Shown piece after piece: positions 13,638 through 29,625 of a DNA stretch of 64,000 nucleotides. The position numbers and the translations under genes are program-made. The stretch is from the NCBI RefSeq assembly GCF_009914755.1, contig NC_060935.1. One strand, written 5' to 3'. Numbering within the stretch: position 1 is the first letter of the stretch; the number at the start of each line of letters is the position of its first letter. This DNA is from the human T2T-CHM13v2.0 reference genome, Homo sapiens. Below the pieces are notes generated by a model that was not told the origin of the DNA, searched no databases, and saw only the letters and a list, made by a program, of their open reading frames with translations.

Positions 13638-13922
13638 TGGTTTAATGGACTCAGTGCTACATGGCTGGGGAGGCCTCACAATCATGGTGGAAGGCAAGGA
13701 GGAGCAAGTCACATCTTATGTGGATGGCAGCAGTCAAAGAGAGACTTGTTCAGGGAAACTCCCCCTTGTAAAACTACTAGATCTCTTGAGATTTATTCAC
13801 TATCACAACAACAGCACAGGAAAGACCTGCCCCCATGTTTCAATTACCTCCCACTGGGTCCCTCCCCCAACACTTGGGAATTCAAGATGAGATCTGGATG
13901 GGGACACAGCCAAACCATATCA
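13638..13922 (-). mobile_element. THE1B-like MaLR LTR (partial)
   Basis: aaggaggagcaagtcacatctt ... ggggacacagccaaaccatatca. Confidence 0.9.
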
Positions 13923-16900
13923 GCTCCTCATAATACAATGGGAAATTAAGAATACTTGAATATGGTTCTTTGAATATATAGAAATACTCACTAATAAATG
14001 TTTTATTATGGTATCATGATTTATTTGAATTGAAAACTTTTAAAATCTCATTGTGAATATTCTTCTAGAAACATGAATGGAAACCTTTTTCTCCAGTCAC
14101 ACGCCAGTTTACAACTCTGCTGGCTTGAAACCTAAAAATAACAAACACCATATTTTATTAAAGTATTTATAACTGACTTTTCTGTTCAAGGTGCTACAAA
14201 GCAGTTGATTTTTTACCATATACCATAACGTGGAACAGATATTTTGTCTTCTGTCTCCTGCTTTTGCCAGCATTTATGAGTCAAACAGCATCCAGACAAA
14301 GAAAGAAAGGACCAAAGCCAAATTGTGTAAGCATTCTTATATTGACAACATGTTTCCAAGAAAAAAGAGAAGAGGAGAGGGTTGGATCAGACAGGAAAGA
14401 AAACAAAATAAAACAAAGTAGTTAAAATTAGTTTATTTTTCTACTTCTGAAACTTAAAAAAAATTATTTCCAGAAGAAATTGAAATGAGTAGGCTGATTT
14501 GAGGGATGAGGTGCATAGATGTATGATGGTATGCTGACATGAAGAGTCCTAGCAAGAGAAGTTATAGGACGGAGGGAGGAAAATAGTAGAGGCACCAAGG
14601 CAGAGTTGTAAGACATAAGGAATGAACTCTACTGAGGTTGACCTTGCAGCTTATAATATAGTACAAAAAGCTAACGGGGAGTAAAGGCTTTTACCTCCCA
14701 CTGAAGTGACACAAATACTGTGCATTTAAAGGAGTCGTGCCTGGTTTGGAAAAGACCTGTGTGTTTAGCAGAAACCACCCTAGTCATGGAATTAGGACCA
14801 TACTAGACTCCTTTAGGGGAAAGGTAGTTAGTATAATACAATACTGTGGCCTTATAACGATTAGACTTGTAAAATCATAGAGCTGAAAGAGACTTCAGGA
14901 CTTGCATAGTTTATTATCCAACCTTTACAGAGAATGGAGGATCAGAGAAATAAGCAAAATATTTAAGTCTATAATTTATTGGTAAAGAAGATAGAATTAT
15001 AAATAAGTACTGTAAAGACACATAATGTTCTGTTTAATCACCTTTACAGTTCCACACTTATATATCTATAGATATAGTGCCTAACTAAATTAATGTTTGT
15101 TTATTGACTCAATGAATAAATGAACACACTTAACCTTCCCCACTCCATATTCCCAGTGGGCTAATGTGGAAGAAATTTAACCAAAAATAATCCATCTAAT
15201 GGAACATAGGCTTTGGATTCTAACAGGCTTAAGTTCAAATCCCAAAATTCACTATTTTTTAAATTTGTGAACTTGGGAAAATTGTTAAATCTTTTAATTT
15301 TTCCATCTGTAAATTGGGCATGAAAGAGTTGTGTACAACTTTGGCATTAAGAAAAAGCTCAAAAAGCGTTTTATATCTGTAGAATTATTATTTCTATTAT
15401 ATTCCTTATTATTATATTTTTTAGGCCCTCGGTCTTCTTTTATATTACTCTTCAAATCAAGTGTCAATGGGTTTTAGGGTGGGTCTAAAATAAACTGGGG
15501 TGCTAGGAGGTTCCCCAGCTACAGGGATGGCCACTGTGGGTAACAAAGGTATTGGAGATGGTGGGATAGAACTACTACTCAAAATTAACTATTGACCCCA
15601 AGGGCACAGGGTTGTAGCTAAGTAGGGCTTCAGGTCTCTCACTTCTGCTTCAATTAAAGTAACTTTGCTTTAAATGGACATAGGATTTGGTTAAGATTTT
15701 ATTAGAAAAATAAAAGCAGAGTTTCCACTCCTACAGTAAAGTTTTGGCAACTACTAACTCATGTTTGATTTGTGCATATATGCTGCTTACTTAGGACATG
15801 TATCATACTTGTGCTCATCATTCTTTTCTTAATTGATAGTGAAGACAAAGGTAAGAGCAATCATATTTTTTCATAATGAATATACAATGATCAAAACATG
15901 AAGCCTCTTGAAGAAAATTTGAGACAAATTTAAAAAAAAATTCTTTATAGCTCTTCTTGCAAAATAGCTACCATATAATAAGCTCTAGACAATTAAATGA
16001 ATAATGGATAAATCAACTTTAAACATGAAAGTGTTATAAACATATTACTTACAAAAAGTAAGTAATGAACATGCATCGGGAGAAACACCTTTTGGGATAA
16101 ATGATTGATATTACCATTCACTTATTAACTCTCACCCTCATCTTTATCAGTTGGCCAATATTTAACTTTGTATATTAATTCAGCAAAAGTTGGATATCAC
16201 TTAGTAGACTCAAGAATGATGTTTAAAATTTTACTCCTTCATGGCAGTTCAGAGTGATATTCCTTCCATAACACAAAGATTTGTAAAATAATGTAGGTCT
16301 ATTTAAAATTCCAGAGCATTTTTCAATAAAATGTTTGTATATTTGATTTTGTTTCTAAAAATAGAAATAAGAATGTACAGAAGGACAATTGACTGCCAAT
16401 AATCTACCAGTGACAACATTCTGATTCTGTAATTCATTCCCAAGTGGAAAAGTATAACCAATGTATTTTCTTATTAGTTCTGTTTACTTGTCCAGATTAA
16501 AAAAAAACAAAACAAAACACCTATCACTGTATTCTAGAGAGAGCAAACCAAAATAGAAGACCTCATTGTAAAACTATGCTTTTACAATAACAGCAACAAA
16601 AAATCTCTCTTCATTTCAAATATTAACTATGATAATAATGTACAGAGTCAAACAAAACTCTGATCATGACATAGAGAGTCGAACAAATATAGAGTCATGA
16701 TTTGTGTGTATTGATAATATCTGTCCTTCATGTGATCTCATATTCATGAATTAATAATCCTCTCAAAGTTATGAGAACTAGGTTATTAATATGAATTTTG
16801 ACTATTTGGCTTGCTCATGATTAATCACAGGAAAGAAAACAACAACAAAACAAAACTCAATCTAGTCTCTATCACATTCATCTCAAAGTGAAACTCTGTA

Positions 16901-17129
16901 ACACTGATCCTTGAACCATGAAATAATTTTTTTTGAACATGAGTGAGTGGTAGGCTTATTTTTTCACAACCTTCAGAGAACTCAACAGATGCAAACACAC
17001 ATGATAAAAAGGTTTGCTGGGTTTTATCATTAGACCAATTACAGATGAATTCTCTCTTGAAGCCATATAATTTAAATGTGCCCATTCTTACTCCTTACCA
17101 TGGCCTCCTGCCTATTAAGGTCTTTGCTT

Positions 17130-17452
17130 CATGAAAATTCCTTTGGCTGGAGTGCCCTTCTCCAAACTACTTCTTGTCCCTGGAAAATCTCCACCTATCT
17201 TTCAAGCCTCAGTTCAACCTTCCTTTTCTCCCAGGTAGCAATAACCTCTCCTTCTTTTATGTCTCTTCTATGACACTCTTCTTGATTAGTACTCAAAATG
17301 ATCTAACTATTTACATGTCTACTTTCCCAGTAGGGTGTGAGCCTCTTGAAGAAAATTTCAGAAAAATTTTTAAAAATTTTCTTTATAGCTCTATCTTCTT
17401 ACAAAATATCTGTTATATAATAAGCTCTAAATGATTAAATGAATGAATGAAC
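17130..17452 (+). mobile_element. L2 3' fragment
   Basis: L2 motifs ending in aatgaatgaatga. Confidence 0.65.
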
Positions 17453-20168
17453 AAATCAACTTTAAACAATTACTGTTATAAAGTAAGTAAATCTAAAATT
17501 CAGGATATGGCACCTTTTCTAACTCTACACAGGATTACTGCAGTATATTAGCAATTTATACCTATATTTCTTTTCAAATTAGTATTTTCTTTTCAGGATT
17601 AAAAACTAGAAGCTCAATCAGTTACTATTTTCCTATTGGAATTGTGGAGTCTGCCAGAAATAAAAGAAAATGCTTCAAAACACTGACCACCAATAAAAAA
17701 GATAGTATAATCTCTTCTTTATACTCAGATTAATACCCTACTTCTATCCAAATCTTAATGTAAATAAGATCAATGTTCAATTACCAGTTGAATGCTCACC
17801 ATACAGAAGCAAAGGACACATCATCCACATTTCCTTGTCCTAATGAAATTCACACTCTTTGCAGAAATGAGAAAAAAAAATCTCAAAAGCGAGCGAAAAT
17901 TTAAGGTCATATGCTAAAATGGGACATGGGTAGGAAGGGAGTGCACTCCTCCTCCAAGAGAGATAAATCATAGAGTATTAGTTGGAGTGGATGAGCTTTA
18001 CAGATGAAAGGGAAACAAGTGATATGAATAATACAGTAAAAATACATATTGCATATTTGAGAAGCAATAATAATAATAAAAGTCCACACAACTCTAAGTG
18101 GCAGGTCCCAGGACTCTCGCCTGTCTTCTGGCCCACTTATCTGTCCAGCTATGCCTCTTGCAACTTCTCTCACACTTCACTAGGTTTAGGCCTGTGCTCT
18201 GTTCTGACCATGCTCTTTTCTACTTTGGGGCTTTTGCACCTGTTGGTATTTCTGCATGAAGTGTTCTCTTCCTATATTTCATAAGGAAACAACATACTTA
18301 AGGAAATATTATACATAATGACTCAGTTTAATGATCACCTTCTGAAAAGGCCTTCCTTGACCTCTGTTCATTTCAGTTATCATTATACCCTGCTTTTATC
18401 CTTACAGCATTTCCTAATTTACAAGTAATATATATACACATACATACACATATATCTGTATCTATATATCTGTATCTTTATCTATCTGTCTCTCTCACAC
18501 ATTTGTTTCCTTACATATTAATTTACCTTCCGTCTCCCCCAAATAAATAAGTGTTTTCAGGACAGAGATGGTGTATTTTTCACTCACCAATATAAATTGT
18601 ATGACCTTCTAGTAACTTAACTTTTCTGGGACCAATTTTCCTCAATTATCAAATAAAATCATAATAATCCTACAGGTAGACACTATTATTACATTACTGA
18701 TAATTGAGGAAAATCCTCAATCCACATAGGATTGTTTGAAAGAACAAATTAACATAAAATGGCATCTTAAATATAATGCTTCCTATTGGTTAGAGTTTTT
18801 GAATAACTCCCCCAATTTTCCCATATTCAAAAGCATAGAACTATAAATAGCTATGATATACAAGTTGAAAAGAAGATCTCAAACTTGTTTTGTCAGTCTT
18901 AGCTGATCAATGCCCTTCCATGGCCTCCAACACATACCTTTATGGAAGGTGAAGTTGAAGAAACTAAAAAAAGAAAATTCCTTTGGAAAACATTGAATTA
19001 ACAATATTTTTATCTGTACTCTCTTAAAGGGGAAGAGAGAGGGATGCATTCTCCTCAACCCAAGTTTAGAGAAAGGGGTTCAATGGGTTGACTCAGAATT
19101 CATGATATGTTTCCCAGATTGCGAGGATCATAAATCCAGATAGTTGCCTCCTCCTGAAAAAATATGTGATAGACTAAGGTTAGAGTTCTTCTACCTGAAA
19201 ACAGAAGGAAGATTGGGAGCTGCATTGGAGAGGAGCTGGAATTCTTCTAACAACAGGGAAAATGTATGTTTCCCATGAATTAGATATGAGTTGAGAGGAG
19301 GGAAACTGACAAGGGGTGCTCATTAAAGAGACTCTATTCAAGATGACTGCCTGAATCTCAATAGAGGGGTGGACCAGTGGAAGCTCAGGGACAAGAGATA
19401 GTTAAATGTGGTCATCCAAAGGAAGCCTTGCTTCCATCCAGAAAACCATAGTTTTGTCAGCAGGAGGAGAGCTCAGTTCTATCCGGAAAACCATAGTCTT
19501 GAGTTTGCCAGCAGGAGGAACTCAGATGAACCCAGAAAAGCCCCAGAAAGGATAAAGACCTGCAGATTATACATCTATCACCAGAAGGGTATTGAAACTA
19601 AATTACAATTATACCACCCATAAAACTAAGTACTTTTCCCATGATTGCTCTCTCATCTCTCCTCTATTCCAGAAAGGTAAAAAAAAAAAAAAAATGAATA
19701 TAGGAAGCAAATAGGTTGAAAAAAGAATTAAATCTTATTCCCTTCTCTGTTGTAGATTTTTTGGCCTGAAGCAGGATAAGGTTGGGGAAAAGGATACATT
19801 TTAAGTCAAATAAGGGTTCATAGTTTTTATTTTGCATTTGACCGTGTTAAACTTATGAGACTATTAGACTTGAGTAGATTTTATTATAATAAATGATCTG
19901 CCTGAGATTGTATCAAAAGGAGGGATGAATTAATTCCTAGAGGGGTTTGTGAGAAGGCAGAGAGAAAACAATGAAGTTGGTTTCTGCTTTTACCTTACTA
20001 AGTCCAGCTTATTCAGTAAACTAGGTATGAATGTATGTACAAGGCTTCACACAGCATTGAAAGTTAACGAATGGCAACGATCTAAACATTTGTTACACAA
20101 TAGGTGCTTCATATGTATGATTTCTCTGCTCCCTCTTTCCAGTGAAATATTCTTTCAAAAACATAGTA

Positions 20169-22910
20169 CAGGCCTATCTCATTTTATTGCCCTTCTCTTT
20201 AGTATACTTCACAGATACCACATTTTTTACAAATTGAAAGTTTGTGCTAACCCTGCATCAAGCATGTCTATTGGCACCATTTTTCCAACAGTGTGTGTTC
20301 ACTTCACGTCGTGTGTCACATTTTTTTTGGTAATTCTCATAGTATTTCAAAATTTTTAATGATTATTATATCTGATATAGTAACATGTGATCAGTGGTCA
20401 TTGATGTTACTATCACAATAGTTTTGGGGTGCCACAGAATATGCCCATATAAGATGATGAACTTAACTGATAAATGTGTGTGTTCTTACTCTACCAAAAA
20501 TATGTCCTTACCTGTTCTCGCTCCCTCTTCTTGGGCTTACCCTATTCCCCAAGACCCCGAGGCTAAATAATAACCCTTAAATGGCCTCCAAATGTTCAAG
20601 TGAAAGGAGTAATCACACACATATCCTTTAAATCAAAATCTAGAAATGATTATGCTTAGTGAGGAAGGCATGTTGAAAGCTGAGGTAGGTAGAAAGCTAG
20701 GCCTCCTATGCCAAACAGCCAAGTTGTAAATACAAAGGAAGAGTTCTTGAAGGAAATTGAAAGTGTGACTCCATTGAAAGCAAAAGAGCTTTATCACTGA
20801 TGTGGAGAAAGTTTTAGTGGTCGAGATAAATATCAAACTAGCCACACCAGTCTCTTAAGCTAAAGCCTAACCCAGAGCAAGGCCCTAAATCTCTTCAAGT
20901 TTGTGAAGGCTGAAAGAGGTGAGGAAACTGCAGAAGAGAAGTTTGAAGCTAGCAGAGGTTAATTTGTGAAGTTTAGGGAAATAAGCCATCTCCTTAACAT
21001 GAAAGTGCAAGGTGAAGCAGGAGGTGCTGAGGTAGAGAAGTTGCAGCAAGTTATCCAGAAGATCTACCTAAGATCATTGATGAAGGCAACTATATTAAAC
21101 AACAGATTTTCGATGTAGACAAAACAGCCTTGTATTGGAAGAAGATGACATTTAGGACTTTCGTAGCTAGAGAGGAGAAGTCAATGCCTAGCTCCAAGCC
21201 TTCAAAGAACACGCTGATTCTCCTGGTAAGGGTTTATGGAGCTGGTGACTTTAAGTGGAAGCCAATGCTTATTTACCAATCCCCAAATCCTGGAGCCCTT
21301 AAGAATTATGCTAAATCTACTCTGCCTGTACTCTATAAATGAAACTGCAAAGCCTGGATGATATCACGTCTGTTTATAGCATGGTTTACTGAATATTTTA
21401 AGCCTACTCTTGAGATGCACTGGTCAGAAAAAAAGATTCCTTTCAAAATATTGTTGCTCATTGTCGATGCACCTAGTCACTAAGAGCTCTTATGCAGATG
21501 TGCAAAAACATTAATGTTTTCATGTCCACTAACACGATATCCATTCTACAGCCCATGGATCAAGGGGTAATTTTAATTTTTAAAAGTCTTATTATTTAAG
21601 AAATACTTTCAGAAAGCTATAGCTGCCATAAATTGTGATTCCTCTGATGCATCTGAGTAAAGTAAATTGACAATCTTCCAGATGCCATTAGGAAGATTCA
21701 TGATTCACGGGAGGCGGTCAAAGTCTCAACAAAAACAGGAGTTTGAAAAAAGTTGATTCCAACTCTTACAGATGACTTTGAAGAATTCAAGACTTTGGTG
21801 GAGAAGTAACTGCAGATGTAGTGGAAACAGCCAAAGAACTAGAATTATAAATGGATCCTGAAGATATGACTGAATTGCTGCAATCTCGTAATAAAACTAA
21901 CAAATGAAGAGTTGTTTCTCAGGAAAAAGCAAAGAAAGTGGTTTCTTGAGATGGAATCTACTCCTCTGGTGAAGATGTGAATATTGTTGAAATGAAAACA
22001 AAGGATTTAGAATATTGCCTAAATTTAGTTGATGAAGCATTAGCAGGGTTTGAGAGGACTGACTCCAATTTTGAAGGAAGTTCTAATGTGGGTAAAACGC
22101 TACCAAACGGTACCACATGCTACAAATAAATCTTTCCTGAAAGGAAGAGTCAATTACTGTGGAAAACTTCAGTGTCTTAGTTTTAAAATTTGCCACAGCC
22201 GGGCCGGGCGCGGTGGCTCATGCCTGTAATCCCAGCACTTTGCGAGGCCCAGATGGGCAGATCACCTAAGGCCAGGAGTTCAAGACCAGCCTGACCAACA
22301 TGGAGAAACTCCGTCTTTACTAAAAATACAAAAAACAAAAACAAAAACAAACAAACAAACAAACAAAAACAGTTAGCCGGGCATGTTGGCACATGCCTGT
22401 AATCCCAGCTACTCAGGAAGCTGAGGCAGGAGAATCGCTTGAACCCAGGAGGCGGAGGTTGCGGTGAGCCAAGATCATGCCATTGCACTCCAGCCCGGGC
22501 AACAAGAGCAAAACTCGGTCTCAAAATAAATAAATAAATAAAAATAATAAAATAAAATAAAATTTACCATAGCCACCCCATCTTTCAGCAACCACCACCC
22601 TGATCAGTCAGCAGCCACCACCCTGATCAGTCAGCAGCCATCAACACTGAGGCAATATCTTCTGCCAGAAAAAGATGATTGACTCACTGAAGGTTCAGAT
22701 GATCATTAGCATTTTTTAGTTATAAAGTATTTTTTAATTAAGGTTTTTTTGGATGTAATACTGTTGCATACTCAATAGACTACAGTATAGTGTAAACATA
22801 ACTGTTACATGTACTGGGAACAAAAATAAATTATGTGACTTGCTTTATTATGATATTCACTTTATTGCAGTGGTCTAGAATGAGACTGCAATATCTCTGA
22901 GGTATGCATA
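20169..22910 (+). mobile_element. Near-full-length Tigger1 with a decayed transposase, interrupted by an Alu
   Basis: TIRs caggcctatctc...gaggtatgc with TA TSDs. ORF 21130-21342 ([16 protein letters not shown]...GDFK.KPMLIY...[17 protein letters not shown]) is a Tigger1 DDE-domain remnant. Confidence 0.93.
22202..22558 (+). mobile_element. AluSp nested in Tigger1, with expanded (CAAA)n linker and (TAAA)n tail
   Basis: acatggagaaac and gcaacaagagcaaaactc diagnostics; TSD aaaatttgccacagcc / aaaatttaccatagcc. Confidence 0.95.
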
Positions 22911-23669
22911 TATAAATTTTTTCAAAAATTTTGAAGCTTTTCCTTGAATATCCCACATAATATATCATACTATAATAACCTTTCAGTGAATCCTTTACAG
23001 CTTAAAAACCTAGGCAGAGGTCAGTCTTGCCTCAATATGATTTAGAATGGATGAGCAATGTGGTTCTGGGAAGTTCTTTCATCTAAAGGCTGAAATGCAG
23101 GAACAGAGTAAATTTGCATCCAGTGGACTATATCCATCATCTGATAGGAGACAGCAAGTAGCCAGAGTGCAGCAAGAGAATCAGGGGACTGCTACCCTCT
23201 GTAAATCAGAAATCCTCCTTATAGATACAATAACAAGCCTGTCTGGTGTCCTGGAATTGAGTGTGGATGAAGTGAGAAGCCACCTGGTATCTTTTTCTGG
23301 GGAACATTTTGCAGATTGACCTTAAATGATTATATCTGTGAATAAATTACCTCATGCCTCTATTATCCAATCAATCAATGCAAGCTTTTCTTTCTCTGCC
23401 TTTTCTTCTCCAACATAGGTGAACACGGCTTAAGAGATGACCCAAATGGAGCTTCCCTGTAGAACAAGACCTTTCCAACCTCTGCTTGAACCCTTCTGGT
23501 AACAGAGAACTCACTACGTTACAAAGCCTCATCCTCTAGAGTCAGGTACTGTTCATTTTTTCTCAAGCTTTTCTGTCCGCTAAGCCAAGGTCTGCTGCCC
23601 AGTAACACCTACTCTCCCTACCTCTGCCTTCTGGAATGACAGAATTCTTTCCTATTACAACTCTATTTT

Positions 23670-24650
23670 TCTCATGTATCCAACACTTATTGAGTACTTA
23701 CTCTGTGTGAGAGCTGCTTTGATTAAGTTGTAGGTTCTTGGGGGCATAGCAGTGAACAAAACAAAGTTTTCTACCCTCCTAGAGCTTATATTCTAGTGTA
23801 CACAAATACATATATTTATAATACAATGTTTGGTTGTTATACATACTATGAGGAAAAATAAAGCCCTTAATAAAGAGAGAAAGCCACATGAAAAGTGTGT
23901 TACAGGCACAAAGAATAGCCAACTACAAAAGCTGTAGGCAGGAACATACTTAGAACTTTGAAACAGTTGTAAGAAAGCTAGTGTTATTGAAGGTGCATGG
24001 GCAAGGGGAAATTGATGGAAGATGAAGCCAAAGAGGTAGCCAGGGGCTGGCAAACTATGGTAAGGCTGTGGAGTTTGATTAAGTGGGAGGGGAAGCTAGT
24101 AGATAGTTTGCAGCTGGGGTTGATATACCCTAATTTATGTCTTTAAAATATTACTCAAGCTGTTGTGTGAAGAGACTGTAGAGGGTGCAAAGTGGGAACA
24201 GGGACCAGTTTGAGTACTACTGCAGTAGTCTGAGCAAGAAACGATATGGTTTAGGTTACAGCAGCAAAGCAGAGTTGGTGAGGATAGACTAACAGGATTT
24301 GCAAATGAACTGGATGTGAGTGTGAGTCAGAAAGAGAAATCCGGGATGATTCTTCTGTTTTTGGCCTAAGCAACTGGATATCATTTGATGAGCCAAAACC
24401 AGAAAAAGCTGGTTTTGGAAAATAAAATTAAGAGTTGTGTTTTGTATACATTAATCTTAAAATGTCTATTAGATCTTTATCACATCAAAGATGATATTAA
24501 ATATAAGCATAAAGAAAAATGTAAGCATAGGGATGGAACTTATGAAACCTGAAGCATAGGTCCTGATGAGACTACCTAGGAGAAGAGGTTGATAGAGAAA
24601 TACGGAGGTACCAACACTGAATCTTCGGGAACTCTAGGCTTTAGAGGTTA
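23670..24650 (-). mobile_element. L2 fragment
   Basis: cacttattgagtacttac...catagcagtgaacaaa...agagcttatattctag and downstream L2 ORF2-like sequence. Confidence 0.75.
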
Positions 24651-26401
24651 AAGAAAAAAAAAAGTTTGAGAACCTCTGTAATTTCCTTATCTAAACTTAT
24701 CTACTTGTATATCGTCACAGATAAATCTTGGGAGCACATTATTGGAAAACCAAACTAGCTTCTTCCCAGAATAGCTGATATCCTTCATGAAAATGAAATG
24801 TTGTTGCTAGGGCTTGAGAAACAAGGAAAAACAAGTAAGCCAGAAGCTCCAAAATGTTTTTTTTATTTTCAATTGATTAATGAATCAAATGTTTCACTCT
24901 AACAGATGTCCCATCTCAATTCCATTACTAACGTTTTTAACTCAAAGGCATCATGAATACAAATGGCAGCAAAACTGAAGCTTTCACAATCAACTATTAC
25001 ATTTTCCATGATACCATTTCTCACAATTATGTTTTCTTACTGAGGAATTGCATTGATGAAAGCCCAGATAATTTTTATTTTTAAGGTTACTTAAATTGCA
25101 AGAGTTTTCTTAGAAAAAATTATAAGAAAATCTTCCAGCTAAAAGTTTTAAAACTTGTGAATTACAATAACAAGGAATTGTACCAACTAAGCTAATAGGA
25201 GAAGTAACTAGCTATGATTCCTCACTGAGTGGGTCACAGCACCTTCTGTGAATGAATACAGACTAATTTCAAAGTGCTGAAGTAAATATTTAGAAGAGAG
25301 CAATCCAATTTCATCAGCTAGGTCGGTGTGTTGCCAAACATTCAACTTTCATATTTAGCTTCCAAGGACTCATGCAAAGTACAATGCTTCTGAAGTCTGA
25401 TCTAATGGAGCCATCAGGAAAAAGATCATTATCAATCTTGCTGGGGCCATCTGAAATGCTTATTGTCAGTAACAATTTAGGGTAGAAATACGTATGACAG
25501 ATAAGCAAGTGAATACACTGCTTTGCTATTTGAAGCAGCGAGGAAATCCATGTAACAGGTAATATACCTAAAAGATTATCTTTTATTAGTGAATGCAAAT
25601 GTGGAGTCTGAAATGGTTAGCTTCCTATTAAACAAATGAAAATATCAATTCTAGTCTGAATTTAAGCATGGAGAAAGATACTTCTGAAAATTATGCACCT
25701 TTTGTTCTAATGTCTCTCTTTTTAAAAAATCTTCTCCACACACTGCTTCAATTCATCAGAAAATCAAAGCATGAACACCTGGGAAAGAATAGAGTATCAA
25801 AGAAGACAGCTAGTTGAAATTTCTAAAGACAAGACTCATAAAATAAAGTCAGTTTCTTTTAGTTAGAGAATAGGTTTGATATACAGGAAAAACAATAGCT
25901 TTGATTCACTTTGGTTAATGTGAATCTGTTCAGACTGTTTATATAACATATTGACTTAAATGTAAAAAACTGTATTTCAAGACAGTTCTGATTAAAGGAT
26001 ATTCTTTAAAGGCTCTAATAATATATCATGGACAATGAAGGAGAGAGAAAAGTCTTCATCATTTATGTACTCCCTGTCTTTAGCACATTTCCTGGCTTAT
26101 GGTGGTAGATACTAAATTAAATGTTTGTTGAATTATTTGAAATGAATCCACTTATTCTTCCTCTTCTGAGCCAAATGTCTTTCAAAATGTATATTAAATG
26201 GTAGTTTTTCCCATTTCTCCATGCATTTTTAACATTTTCAGTTTCATACATGTTGATGTTAATATTTCTATTAACTGGTTATAACTTCATGGTACATAGT
26301 ATTTTTATTTGTATGGGCAAAAAGTAATCACTTTTTTCTTGCTGAGACTACTTCTCTTTGCATATCTTTGCTCACCTTTCCATTTTTAAACTTTGTGTTT
26401 T

Positions 26402-26920
26402 CTTTTTTTCCTTTTAACTTTTATTTTAAGTTCAGGAGTACAAGTGCAGGTTTGTTATCTATGTAAATTTGTGTCATGGGGGTTTGTGGTAGATTATTTC
26501 ATCACCCAGGTATTAAGCATAGTGCCCATTAGTTATTTTTCCTGATCCTCTCCCTCCTTCCCGGCTCCACCTTCCACTAGGCCCCAGTGTGGTTGTTCCC
26601 CTCTATGGCTTCTCCACAACAAAATAAACTATCAACTGAGCAAACAGACAATCTACAGAATGAGAGAAAATTCTCTCAAAATATGCATCTAACAAAGGTC
26701 TAATATCCAACATTTATAAGGAAGTTAAACAAATTTACAAGAAAAAAAAACAACCCCATAAAAAAGTGGGCAAAGGACATGAACAGACGCTTCTCAAAAT
26801 TAGACATACATGCAGCCAACAATCACATGAAAAAAAGCTCAACATCACTGATCATTAGAGAAATGTAAATCAAAACCACAATTAGATACCATCTAACACC
26901 AGTCGGAATGGCTATTATAA
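26402..26920 (-). mobile_element. Older L1PA with 5' inversion (minus 3'UTR 26402-26608; plus ORF2 piece 26609-26920)
   Basis: Strand switch at about 26608; TSD aaactttgtgtttt at 26388-26401 and 26921-26934. Confidence 0.85.
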
Positions 26921-27122
26921 AAACTTTGTGTTTTTTTAAAAAAGTATTTGCTTATTAAAAATAATGTAATATATGTACATGGTAGAAAAATCTAAAAGGT
27001 ATAAAGAACAAACAGAAAAACTAAATTTTCTTCCCACATAGCTTCCCTCTCTGGGGCAACTACTGTTGTCAGTTACTTTTCAAGATATTCCAGATATTAT
27101 CCATATTCTATGTATATATAAG

Positions 27123-27466
27123 TCTGTTAGTCTGTTCTCACACTACCAATAAAGATATACCCAAGACTTGGCAATTTATAAAGGAGAAAAGTTTAATTGA
27201 CTCTCAGTTCAGCATGGCTTGGAAGGCCTCAGGAAACTTACAATCATGGCAGAAGAGGAAGCAAACACATCCTTCTTCACATGATGTTAGGAATGAGAAG
27301 TGATGAGCCAAAGGGGAAAAACCCCTTATAAAACCATTAGATCTTGTAAGAACTCACTCAATATCACTAGAACAGCATGGAGGTAACTTCCCTCATGATT
27401 CAATTACCTCCCACCAGGCCCCTCCCATGACACGTGGGCATTATGGGAACTACAAGATGAGATTTG
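27123..27466 (-). mobile_element. THE1C/D-like MaLR LTR
   Basis: ttagtctgttctcacact...aggaaacttacaatcatggcagaag...caattacctcccacc. Confidence 0.88.
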
Positions 27467-27646
27467 TTTTAAAGTTTTATTTGTTTTTTAAGACAAATCA
27501 TATAACATTACGCATACCGCCCACAATGTTTAGGTAATTTAACAATATACACAGGATTTTGTTCCATTTCAGTACATTCATTTTATTCATTCAGTACTTT
27601 AAGTGCATTCATTCATTTAATATATTTATTTCAGCTCCTCATTTTT

Positions 27647-29625
<1,979 letters not shown>

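Noticed and set aside
21130-21342. Domesticated TIGD-like transposase gene
   Set aside because: Short fragment bounded by stops within a decayed Tigger1.
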